DNA of 64,000 nucleotides from Candidatus Doudnabacteria bacterium (GTDB lineage Bacteria > Patescibacteriota > Doudnabacteria > UBA920). The stretch's first letter is position 1, and each line of letters starts with the position of its first letter. The translations under genes and the position numbers were made by a program. This document shows positions 27,914 to 37,215 of this stretch, piece by piece. The notes beneath the pieces are model-generated. The model was given only the letters and a program-made list of their open reading frames with translations. It made no database searches and was not told the origin of the DNA. The stretch covers positions 190,305-254,304 of the forward strand of contig CAVYGQ010000001.1 of NCBI GenBank assembly GCA_963768175.1. The letters are read 5' to 3'.

Positions 27914-28996
27914 ATGGGAATCCTAGATACCATAATCCACACCAAGCAAAATGAATCTTTAAGCCGGTTTAAACCTTCCGACGTAGTTAAAGAAATTTTA
28001 GATTTACTCAAAGAGCGCGACAGGCGTATTTTAATCCAACGCTACGGCTTGGAAGGCTTCGAGAGCCAAACTTTGGCCGCCATCGGCAAGGAACAAAATT
28101 TAACGCGCGAAAGGGTCAGGCAAATTGAGAAGGACCTTTTAAAAAACTTAAAGAAAACCAGCCTTCAAAAAGAAAGTTTTGCTTCAGCGAAAAATTTTTT
28201 GCTTGACATTGTCGCCGAACACGGCCGCATTATTGCCGAAGAAAGCCTTTTGATGTATTTGAACATTAACGACGCCAAAGAACGGAACGCGTTAATTTTT
28301 ATTTTGCATTTAATCGAAGAGCTTGATCACTTCATCCACGAAAATTATAAAAACTCCTGGGTCTCTGTTTTATTCAAACAGGATTTGCTCTCCAGTTTTG
28401 TAACCGAAAGCAAAAAAATTATAAGTGAAAAAAATACCCCGCTCCCGGCCGCGGAATTTTTGGAACATTTCAAGCAGACACAATTTTATAAGCAAAACCA
28501 GGCCGAACTTTCCGACCGCATAATTTTAAATTATTTGGAACTCACTGTAGAGATTGAAAAAAACGTTTTTGGCCACTGGGGGCTGAGCTTGTGGAAAGAA
28601 GTTAGGCCAAAAGACGTCGGCGATAAAGCTTTCCTGGTAATGAAGCACCACAAGAGCCCGGAGCATTATTCTACGATTACCGATATGATTAATAAAGCCG
28701 GGTTTGACGAGCGCAAGGCTTACAAAGAGACCGTGCATAATGAGTTAATTAAGGACCAAAGGTTTATTTTAATCGGCCGCGGAATTTACGCGCTTTCCGA
28801 ATGGGGCTACAAGCCGGGCGTGGTGGCGGAAGTAATAGTGGAAATTTTAAAGCAATCAGACCAGCCGCTGAGCAAAGAAAAGATTATTGAAGAGGTATTA
28901 AAACGCAGGATGGTAAAAAAGAATACTATTTTAGTCGGACTTTCAAATAAAAAGCTTTTCCAGAAGGTCGGAAAAAATTCTTACGCATTAGCATAG
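27914..28996 (+). CDS. sigma70 region-4-like HTH protein with C-terminal winged-helix domains
   Basis: RYGL..TLAAIG..LTRERVRQIE; TVHNELI..RFILIGRGIYALSEWG. Confidence 0.8.
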   Translation: MGILDTIIHTKQNESLSRFKPSDVVKEILDLLKERDRRILIQRYGLEGFESQTLAAIGKEQNLTRERVRQIEKDLLKNLKKTSLQKESFASAKNFLLDIVAEHGRIIAEESLLMYLNINDAKERNALIFILHLIEELDHFIHENYKNSWVSVLFKQDLLSSFVTESKKIISEKNTPLPAAEFLEHFKQTQFYKQNQAELSDRIILNYLELTVEIEKNVFGHWGLSLWKEVRPKDVGDKAFLVMKHHKSPEHYSTITDMINKAGFDERKAYKETVHNELIKDQRFILIGRGIYALSEWGYKPGVVAEVIVEILKQSDQPLSKEKIIEEVLKRRMVKKNTILVGLSNKKLFQKVGKNSYALA

Positions 28997-29165
28997 TAAT
29001 CGCGAACATACAAAATCAAGTAATATACAAAAAGCAAACCGGTCATTTTGGGCACCAACTAAAGCTACCGTAATTAAGATTGCTTTGCAAATTGTGGCGG
29101 TCTTATAAAAACGGTTCGTATATTAATACCAATTTGTATATTCGCGAATAGTATTTGAAACACAA

Positions 29166-30518
29166 ATGGAAGTTTTAACAAGCATATTGCCGAATTTCAG
29201 AGAAGTTTTCCATATAGCCTTTTTGGTAATAGTTACCTATTACGGATGGGTGCTTTTTGTTTTAGGGCTTGTTTATATGCTTTATTTTGAATATTTGGAA
29301 GAAATCCAGGCACAATATGTTAAAGCTACCGAGTGGGTATTCCTACATATTTTAGTGCCAAAGGAAAATACAGTAAGCACGTTGGGGGTGGAAAATATTT
29401 TTGCCCAAATGCACGCGCTTCACAGAAGCCTAACTTGGCATGAAAAGTATGTTGAGGGGAAATTCCAATTGTGGTATTCCCTGGAAATAGTCAGTTTGGG
29501 CGGTGTAGTATCTTTTATTTTAAGAGTACCGAAGCGTTCCCAGCATCTGGTTGAATCCGCTTTTTACGCCCAATACCCGAGTGCCGAAATCCATGAGGTA
29601 TCGGATTACATGGAAAACTTCAAATTGGACCCTTACAATGACGATAACCAGTACGATTTTTTCGGAACAGAATGGAAAATGGCCCAGGATAGCGTTATCC
29701 CCATAAAAACCTATAAAGAGTTTGAACATCCTTCGGCCGAAGAAAAAATTATAGACCCGCTTGCCAATCTGATTGAAACCATGGAGCGGGTTAAGCCGCA
29801 CGAATTTTTATCGTTGCAAATCCTCATCCAGCCTATCCAAAATGACGAATGGGAAGAGCGAGCCGTAAAAAAAATAAAAGAGCTGACTGGCGAGGAAATT
29901 CCGCACGAAGCTTCAATCTTAGGCTTTTTCCTAAGGCCGCTTCACTGGTTTGCCGGTTTTAATTACAAAGAAACCTTTTTTGGTTCCCATGGTGGCCACG
30001 CCGAGCAGGAAAACAAACCCAGGAATAACTGGCTGAACATGAGCGAAGGGGAAAAGGGGCGCGTGACTCTAATTGAAAATAAAATTAACAAGGCCTGTTA
30101 TAATACCAAAATAAGATTATTGTACATGGCGCCCAAGGCCGAATATGACAAAGGCAGGCGTTTTGAACTAATCGGCGCGCTTAGGCATTTTAGCCCTGGT
30201 GGCGGGGCCGGGATGCACAACACGCTTAAGGTTGACTCGCATATCTGGACAAAGGTAGATCCATACTTTTCCGAGGCTTTGGAAGCGTACTTTTTGGACA
30301 GAATTACAAAGTACAGAAAATATTGGTTTTTACGGGGCTACAAAAACCGCAGTATTTACGTCGGATCACCGAAGTTTTTACTGAGTACGGAAGAACTTGC
30401 CACGTTATTCCATTTCCCGATTACTTTTGAAACCACGGTAGCGCCAGCCCAAGTGCAGGCCATAGCCAGTAAAACCGCCAGGCCACCGGCAGACTTGCCG
30501 ATTGCCCAGACCGAGTAA
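29166..30518 (+). CDS. conserved hypothetical membrane-anchored protein, partner of the downstream ATPase
   Basis: N-terminal TM, SLEIVS, YAQYPSAEI..DY, LSTEELATLFHFP. Confidence 0.75.
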   Translation: MEVLTSILPNFREVFHIAFLVIVTYYGWVLFVLGLVYMLYFEYLEEIQAQYVKATEWVFLHILVPKENTVSTLGVENIFAQMHALHRSLTWHEKYVEGKFQLWYSLEIVSLGGVVSFILRVPKRSQHLVESAFYAQYPSAEIHEVSDYMENFKLDPYNDDNQYDFFGTEWKMAQDSVIPIKTYKEFEHPSAEEKIIDPLANLIETMERVKPHEFLSLQILIQPIQNDEWEERAVKKIKELTGEEIPHEASILGFFLRPLHWFAGFNYKETFFGSHGGHAEQENKPRNNWLNMSEGEKGRVTLIENKINKACYNTKIRLLYMAPKAEYDKGRRFELIGALRHFSPGGGAGMHNTLKVDSHIWTKVDPYFSEALEAYFLDRITKYRKYWFLRGYKNRSIYVGSPKFLLSTEELATLFHFPITFETTVAPAQVQAIASKTARPPADLPIAQTE

Positions 30519-30629
30519 TTGCTTAAAACTTTCTTTACCAACTACTAATTTTACGAATATACCAATGTTCGTTCTCAGAAGTTAGTATATTAGTATCGAT
30601 TCGTAGTTAGTAAAGTCAGTAATTAAAAA

Positions 30630-32444
30630 ATGGATAACGACGAAAACAGAATTACAATTTTTGCCAAAACCAACTTCCGCAACAAGGAAGTGCCTTTTGG
30701 CATTAAAACCGACGACCGCCGCCGCCATATGTATTTAATCGGGAAAACCGGCATGGGCAAAACCACGCTTATGGAAAATATGGTCATTCAGGACATCCAA
30801 AACGGTCACGGCGTGGCATTTTTGGATCCGCACGGCGATTCAGTCAAAAGAATTTTGGACTGCGTCCCATCAAACCGAATAAACGACGTAATTTATTTTA
30901 ATCCAGCAGATTTGGAATACCCCGTGGCTTTCAATATTTTGGAATCGGTTGATCCAAAATACAAACATTTGGTGGCTAGCGGGCTTATGGGCGTTTTTAC
31001 CAAAATCTGGGCTAATTTGTGGTCAGCAAGGATGGAATACATTTTGAACAATACGATTTTGGCTTTGCTGGACAGCCCGGGCAACACCCTTTTGGGAATT
31101 ACCAGGATGTATGTGGATAAAAAATACCGCAAAAAAATCGTGGATAACATTAAAGACCCCATGGTCCGCGCTTTTTGGGTAGATGAGTTTGCCAATTATA
31201 ACGAAAAATACCGCACCGAAGCCATTGCGCCAATCCAAAATAAGGTCGGGCAGTTTTTGAGCTCCGGCATTATCCGCAACATTGTCGGGCAGCCAAAAAG
31301 CACAATAGACCTGCGCGAAATCATGGACAACCGTAAAATCCTGATTATGGATTTGTCCAAGGGAAAAGTCGGCGAAGACAACTCCGCGTTGCTTGGCGCC
31401 ATGCTGGTAACCAAAATCCAGCTGGCCGCCATGTCCCGCACGGACATCGACGAAAAAGACAGAAAAGACTTTTACCTTTATGTGGACGAGTTCCAGAATT
31501 TTGCCACCGAAAGTTTCGCCACAATTTTAAGCGAAGCCCGCAAGTACCGCCTTAACTTAATTGTCGGCCACCAGTATATTGCCCAGCTGGAAGAAGACAG
31601 AAGCACCAAAGTCCGCGACGCGATTTTCGGTAACGTCGGGACGATTATTATATTCAGGATTGGCGCCGTAGACGCCGAATTTTTGGAAACTGAATTCGAG
31701 CCGATTTTTACCCCAAGCGACCTGGTTAACTTGCCCAAGTATTCAATTATTTTAAAATTAATGATTAACGGCGTGGCTTCGGACCCGTTTTCCGCGATAA
31801 CTCTCGCACCCAACCCTACCCATCTTACGGGCAACCAGGAAAAAGTTTTAAAAGTTTCCAGGGAACGTTATGCCAACCCCGCCTCTGAAGTTGAAGAAAA
31901 AATTTCCCGTTGGATGGGCGCGGAATATCACCAGGAATCGGCTTTACTGATAGGCAGCGAAGAACAGCAACCGTCGGAGTCGCCCGAACAAAACCAGCAG
32001 CCCGTTGAACGGCCAAAGCCGCAGGCCCAAGAGAAAGCTGAAGCCGAAGCTCAAAAAAATTCGGAGCCTAAAAAGCCGGCTGAATCGCCCCAAAGGCCGT
32101 TTATTGAAAAAAAGGGCCAGGTTTTCAGGCAACCGGAAAAAGCTCGCCAGCAAAAAGACCGGCCTCACAGGCAACAGCAAAACCAACAGCCAAGGCAGCA
32201 AACCAAAACCAATGTCAGCAACCGCGGCCAAGAATCAAGGACCCAGCAAAAAAGGGAAAACCCCATTTGGGATAAAGTTGCGAATTTTCAACAGGAAAAA
32301 ATTAACCAAGCAAACAAAAAAACCGGCGAGGCCGTGGCTCAAATATTAACCCAGTCTCCACAACCCGTCGTTCCAAAGCCGCAATTAGAATCGGGAACAG
32401 TAGAAAAAAAAGTTCTAAACCCAGGCGAATTGCACAAACTATAA
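30630..32444 (+). CDS. VirB4/TraD/HerA-like P-loop ATPase with Gln-rich disordered tail
   Basis: DRRRHMYLIGKTGMGKT (Walker A), DPHGD, LYVDEFQ (Walker B), SEARKY. Confidence 0.88.
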   Translation: MDNDENRITIFAKTNFRNKEVPFGIKTDDRRRHMYLIGKTGMGKTTLMENMVIQDIQNGHGVAFLDPHGDSVKRILDCVPSNRINDVIYFNPADLEYPVAFNILESVDPKYKHLVASGLMGVFTKIWANLWSARMEYILNNTILALLDSPGNTLLGITRMYVDKKYRKKIVDNIKDPMVRAFWVDEFANYNEKYRTEAIAPIQNKVGQFLSSGIIRNIVGQPKSTIDLREIMDNRKILIMDLSKGKVGEDNSALLGAMLVTKIQLAAMSRTDIDEKDRKDFYLYVDEFQNFATESFATILSEARKYRLNLIVGHQYIAQLEEDRSTKVRDAIFGNVGTIIIFRIGAVDAEFLETEFEPIFTPSDLVNLPKYSIILKLMINGVASDPFSAITLAPNPTHLTGNQEKVLKVSRERYANPASEVEEKISRWMGAEYHQESALLIGSEEQQPSESPEQNQQPVERPKPQAQEKAEAEAQKNSEPKKPAESPQRPFIEKKGQVFRQPEKARQQKDRPHRQQQNQQPRQQTKTNVSNRGQESRTQQKRENPIWDKVANFQQEKINQANKKTGEAVAQILTQSPQPVVPKPQLESGTVEKKVLNPGELHKL

Positions 32445-32474
32445 AAAAATTCCCGGTTGACCGGGAATTTTTTT
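32443..32474. terminator. bidirectional terminator
   Basis: aaaaaaattcccgg-ttga-ccgggaattttttt between convergent genes. Confidence 0.8.
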
Positions 32475-32479
32475 ATTTT

Positions 32480-32800
32480 TTAAATATGCTTCTTTATTTC
32501 CGCTTCCACGGTGGCTTTGGGCGCAGCTCCTATCATTTCGCCCACAAGCTTGCCATTTTTAAAAAATTTTAGCGTGGGAATGCTCATTACGCCATATTTA
32601 GATGCTAAAGCATTATTTTCGTCCACATTCACTTTGCCAACCTTAAGCCTACCTTCATAATCCTTGGCCAACTCTTCAACGATCGGGCCCAAAACCTTGC
32701 AAGGTCCGCACCACACAGCCCAAAAATCAACCATTACCGGTAATTTAGACTGCAAAACTTCTTTATCAAAATTGTTTTCGTCTATCTTTATTTCCGCCAT
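32480..32800 (-). CDS. trxA: thioredoxin
   Basis: WCGPC active site, SIPT. Confidence 0.97.
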   Translation of the reverse strand: MAEIKIDENNFDKEVLQSKLPVMVDFWAVWCGPCKVLGPIVEELAKDYEGRLKVGKVNVDENNALASKYGVMSIPTLKFFKNGKLVGEMIGAAPKATVEAEIKKHI

Positions 32801-32962
32801 ATATGTGAGGAACTAATAACTGATAATTTATAACTGATAACGGCATTCACAGTTATTGATTACCAATTATTTGTTATTTATAAACGCCTATCTATTTTAT
32901 CCACAGATCAAACTTCTGTCAATAAGCTATAATGATTATAGAACCAGTATAATTTTTTAAAA

Positions 32963-33922
32963 TTGGACACCAAAACAAAAATTTTAAAAATGATGCCTTA
33001 TTGGTTGATTTTACTGCTGTTAATTATTTCAGCACAAACAGCGGCTTTTTTGTGTTTTCTGAATGCCCCCAAAAATGATGTTATTCTGCCAAAAATTTTA
33101 GGAGCCAGTACCGATGCGCCAAATTTTATCAGGGGCGACAGCCAAAGCACAACAAAAACCATTAGCCAAACAAGTAATCCCGACCTTTTGGGCATAAGCG
33201 CACAAAGTTTTTTGGTTTTTGATTTAAACAGCGGCCAGGAACTTTTGGGGAAAAATCCTGCCCAAAAAGTAGCCATTGCCAGTTTAACCAAACTGATGAC
33301 GGCTTTGACGGCTTATAATAATTCAAAGCTCAACCGGACATATAGAATTTCGGACAAGGACACCTTGAATATTAAACCCAATTTAGGGCTAATCCCCGGA
33401 GATGAAGTTAGCGCCCTGGACATTTTTAATTCCATGCTAATCGGTTCGTGCAATGACGCCGCTTTAGCATTGGCAGACTATTCGTCCCAGTCTTCGGGCG
33501 ATAATTTTGTTGATTTAATGAACCGGCAGGCTAAGCAGCTGGGAATGCTAAACAGCAGTTTTAGCAATCCCATGGGTTTTGACAGTAACGGAAATTACTC
33601 CACTGCCGAAGATTTAAAACTTCTTATAACAGTTACCCAGCAGTTGTCTGCTTTTACCGATTTAGGGCGCAGAACCGCTTATACGTTTGTTGGAGCTGAA
33701 GGTAAAACTTATTATACGGCTGCCACTAACACTCTTATAAAAGAACACCCCGATATTCAGGCAATCAAAACCGGTTTTACCGACGAAGCTAACGGCGCGA
33801 TGGCCACCAAAATCAGTATTTCCGGACATCAAATAATTATTTTAGTTTTAGACAGCCAAAACCGCGAAAGGGACACGCTTAAGCTTAAGTCGGCTACAGC
33901 ATCTAGTTTTGATTGGAATTGA
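32963..33922 (+). CDS. D-alanyl-D-alanine carboxypeptidase (peptidase S11)
   Basis: SLTK (SxxK), SCN (SxN), KTG; start may be ATG 32990. Confidence 0.9.
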   Translation: MDTKTKILKMMPYWLILLLLIISAQTAAFLCFLNAPKNDVILPKILGASTDAPNFIRGDSQSTTKTISQTSNPDLLGISAQSFLVFDLNSGQELLGKNPAQKVAIASLTKLMTALTAYNNSKLNRTYRISDKDTLNIKPNLGLIPGDEVSALDIFNSMLIGSCNDAALALADYSSQSSGDNFVDLMNRQAKQLGMLNSSFSNPMGFDSNGNYSTAEDLKLLITVTQQLSAFTDLGRRTAYTFVGAEGKTYYTAATNTLIKEHPDIQAIKTGFTDEANGAMATKISISGHQIIILVLDSQNRERDTLKLKSATASSFDWN

Positions 33923-34116
33923 TAAAATCCCTTGTTTATATTGAGGACTGTCCTTTTACCCTGATTTTGCACGGAAAAGGACAGTCCTCTTTTCTGACAA
34001 TGAAGAACCATTAAAATAAACTTTTTAAAAATGTCTTTTTATGGTACAATAAATCCAGCATTTATTTATTTTGCAATTCTTTAATTTGAAATAAATAAGT
34101 GCTGGATAAATGCTAT

Positions 34117-35157
34117 ATGATGGGCCATTTGGTGTTGACTAAAATTTTCGCGTTGACCTCTTTAGGTTTTATCTTTGCTCTGGCGGTTACTCCGCTTTTT
34201 ACTAAATTTTTATACAAAAATAAACTTGGCAAGCAAATCCGCAACGACGGCAGCACGCCGCTGTTTACGGAAATGCACAAGCACAAGGCCGGCACGCCAA
34301 CTATGGGCGGCATCTTAGTCTGGGGCACGCTTGGCATTTTAATGCTTGTTTTTTGGTTCTTTGATAGGGTCGCGCACGTTGGTATTTTCAATAATTTTGA
34401 TTTTTATTCCCGCAGGGAAACACTTTTGCCTTTGGGAGCGCTGCTCGGGGCGTCGCTAGTCGGGCTGATAGACGACTGGCTAGATATTCACAAGCGCGGC
34501 CATAATGGCAGAGGGTTGCGTTTTAGGTTTAAACTCATTTTATATTCCGTTGTCGCGGCTATCGGCGCCTGGTGGTTTTACTTCAAACTTGGTTTCGATT
34601 ACGTCCACGTTCCTTTTGCCGGCAATTTACATCTCGGCTGGCTGTTTATTCCGTTTTTTATTTTTGTGGTTATCGCCACCAGCTTTTCCGTCAACCAGAC
34701 CGACGGGCTGGACGGACTGGCCGGCGGCAGCCTGATGATTGCTTTTTTCTCTTTTGGCCTTATCGCTTTTTTGCAGGGCAAGCACGACTTGGCGACTTTT
34801 ATCGGCGTAATCTGTGGCAGCCTGTTAGCCTTTTTGTGGTTTAATGTTTTTCCGGCAAGATTTATTATGGGAGATACCGGTTCCATGGGGCTGGGTGTTT
34901 TGCTGGCCATTGTTGCTTTTTTGACCAATTCGGTTTTGATATTGCCGATTGTGGGGTTTGTATTTTTACTGGAAGCCGTTTCCACGATTATCCAGCTATT
35001 TTCCAAAAAGTTCCTAAAAAAGAAAATCCTTTTATCCGCGCCGCTTCACCATCATTTGGAAGCTTTAGGCTGGCCGGAAGCCAAAATTACCATGCGTTTT
35101 TGGATAATCGCCGCGGTCACCAGCCTTATAGGAGTAATAATATACTTTCTTGGGTAA
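34117..35157 (+). CDS. mraY: phospho-N-acetylmuramoyl-pentapeptide transferase
   Basis: KAGTPTMGG, DD, NQTDGLDGL, MGDTGS, APLHHHLE. Confidence 0.96.
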   Translation: MMGHLVLTKIFALTSLGFIFALAVTPLFTKFLYKNKLGKQIRNDGSTPLFTEMHKHKAGTPTMGGILVWGTLGILMLVFWFFDRVAHVGIFNNFDFYSRRETLLPLGALLGASLVGLIDDWLDIHKRGHNGRGLRFRFKLILYSVVAAIGAWWFYFKLGFDYVHVPFAGNLHLGWLFIPFFIFVVIATSFSVNQTDGLDGLAGGSLMIAFFSFGLIAFLQGKHDLATFIGVICGSLLAFLWFNVFPARFIMGDTGSMGLGVLLAIVAFLTNSVLILPIVGFVFLLEAVSTIIQLFSKKFLKKKILLSAPLHHHLEALGWPEAKITMRFWIIAAVTSLIGVIIYFLG

Positions 35158-35314
35158 AAACTTAATTAAATCCTAAAAACTAAAACTTAAATTCTAAACA
35201 AATTACAAAAATTAAAAAATAAATTACAAACCTCGATTGTTCCCGTTTAAAATTTAATATCTATAATTTGGATTTTGTTTAGTATTTAAAGTTTAGTGTT
35301 TAGATTTTATTCAC

Positions 35315-36883
35315 ATGTATTCACTATTGATAAAAAACGCCACGGTCATTGACGGCACCGGAAAGCCGGGGCAGGTTTTGGATGTGGCCGTGCAGGGTGA
35401 CGAAATTGTAAATATTGCGCCAAAAATAGATTTGCAGGCGCAATCGGTTATTGACGCAACCGGGAAAGTTCTTAGCCCTGGCTTTGTGGATTTGCAAAAC
35501 CACAGCGACAGCTATTGGCAAATTTTTGACAACCCCCAACTACACAGTTTAATTAGCCAGGGCTACACCACGATTTTAGTGGGAAACTGCGGCGCCAGCC
35601 TGGCGCCCCTGTTAACTCACGAAGCTTTATATTCATTGCAAAAATGGCACAATCTAGAAGGGATAAATGTCAATTGGGTTTCCTACAGCGAGTTTATAGA
35701 AGAGCTTTCCAGAAAACGCTTTGCCTGCAACATAGCCAGCCTGATAGGCTACTCAACCTTGAGAAGAGCAATGGTCGGCGACCAAATTAGGAGCTTGGAA
35801 AAACAGGAACTTAATGCCCTAAAAACCGCGCTTTCAGAAAGTTTGGAAGCAGGGGCATTTGGCTTGTCCAGCGGCTTGTCTTACGCTCACGAAATAATTA
35901 TTTCCGAGCTGGAGCTTTTTGAGCTGGCAAAAATCGTAAAAAGCGCGAGTGGTTTGTTCTCAATCCACTTAAGAAGCGAAGGCGGGGAAATTATTGAAGC
36001 TTTGGACGAAGCTTTGGACATTGCCAAGGCTACGGAAGTCAATTTAAAAATTTCCCACTTAAAAGTCCGCAATCAGCAGAACTGGGACAAGTTTCCCGAA
36101 GTTTTGAGTTTAATCGATACGGCCTATATGCAAGGCACCCAGGTGCATTTTGATTTATATCCTTACGACATTATGTGGCAGCCGCTTTACAGCTACTTGC
36201 CGAAATGGGCCATAGAGGGCGGGCGGAAAATTATGTTAAAGCATTTTGCGGATCCAGTGCAAAAAAATAAAATTTTAATGTATTTGAACAACCTGGGCGT
36301 TAAATTTTCGGAAGTGCGCGTAGCGTCCACGGCCAGCAGGCTGAACTTTGCCGGAAAAACTATCGGTCAAATTGCCAAAAATTTGGAATGTTCCAGCGAG
36401 CAGGCAGTTTTGCATTTGATACAAAACGGCGGCAGCGAAGTTCTGGTTTTCGAAAAAAATTTGGACATGGAACAGGTTGAGCAATTAACCCTCCACCCTT
36501 TATCGTTTATCAGCACCGACGGCGCCGGGTTCAGCAATTTATCCGCAGGCGGCGGGCTGGTCCATCCGCGGTCTTTTGGAACCGCAACTAAATTTTTGGC
36601 CAATGTCCGGAAGACCGGAAGCCTGCCAATGGAAACAGCCATAAGAAAGTTGACCTCCGGCCCCGCAAAAAAAATGGGTTTAAAAAAACGCGGGGAAATT
36701 CAAATTGGAAATTTTGCAGACTTGGTCATCTTTGACCAGGAAAAAATTACCGACAAGGCCAGCTACGAAAACCCTTATCTATTAAGCGAGGGGATTTCTT
36801 ACGTGTTTGTTAACGGCAAGGCCGCGCTTTCGGAAGGAAAATTAACCAACCAGTTGCCCGGGTATGCCTTGAGAAAGGGTTAA
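35315..36883 (+). CDS. N-acyl-D-amino-acid deacylase family amidohydrolase
   Basis: IDGTG, PGFVD.QNHSD, GNCG, HLRSE, HPRSFG, ADLVIFD. Confidence 0.88.
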   Translation: MYSLLIKNATVIDGTGKPGQVLDVAVQGDEIVNIAPKIDLQAQSVIDATGKVLSPGFVDLQNHSDSYWQIFDNPQLHSLISQGYTTILVGNCGASLAPLLTHEALYSLQKWHNLEGINVNWVSYSEFIEELSRKRFACNIASLIGYSTLRRAMVGDQIRSLEKQELNALKTALSESLEAGAFGLSSGLSYAHEIIISELELFELAKIVKSASGLFSIHLRSEGGEIIEALDEALDIAKATEVNLKISHLKVRNQQNWDKFPEVLSLIDTAYMQGTQVHFDLYPYDIMWQPLYSYLPKWAIEGGRKIMLKHFADPVQKNKILMYLNNLGVKFSEVRVASTASRLNFAGKTIGQIAKNLECSSEQAVLHLIQNGGSEVLVFEKNLDMEQVEQLTLHPLSFISTDGAGFSNLSAGGGLVHPRSFGTATKFLANVRKTGSLPMETAIRKLTSGPAKKMGLKKRGEIQIGNFADLVIFDQEKITDKASYENPYLLSEGISYVFVNGKAALSEGKLTNQLPGYALRKG

Positions 36884-37215
36884 AAGGGTGGCATTAGGAA
36901 TGTTTTTTTAACGCACGGCTTAAAATTGACGCCAAAAAACTCCTGAAGCCCAAATTCAATAGAGTTTGGCCTTCTTAAAAAGATGCCCCCAACAGAAATC
37001 AAAATAAAGCCGGAATGCTGGAGGGGAGAGAATATTTCCAGTAAGCTTTTTAGAATTACCTTCACAAAAACCGCCGCGCTTTCCGGCCTTAGGCGGGTCA
37101 GCCTCGGACTGATGCTATGCGCGGGGTTTTTGTTTTTTGGCTTTGGGCTTGCCGGTGGGCTCCGTGGTCAGTGAGCGGGTGCTCCAATAACCTTAAGGTC
37201 AAGCAGACAAACCAT

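Noticed and set aside
36900-37200. Possible c-di-GMP-I riboswitch before the giant surface protein (CCGGCCTTA..GTCAGC followed by a T-tract)
   Set aside because: No GGCAAAC/GAAA-tetraloop P2 is visible. It could still be a terminator-containing leader, but I cannot support a riboswitch call.
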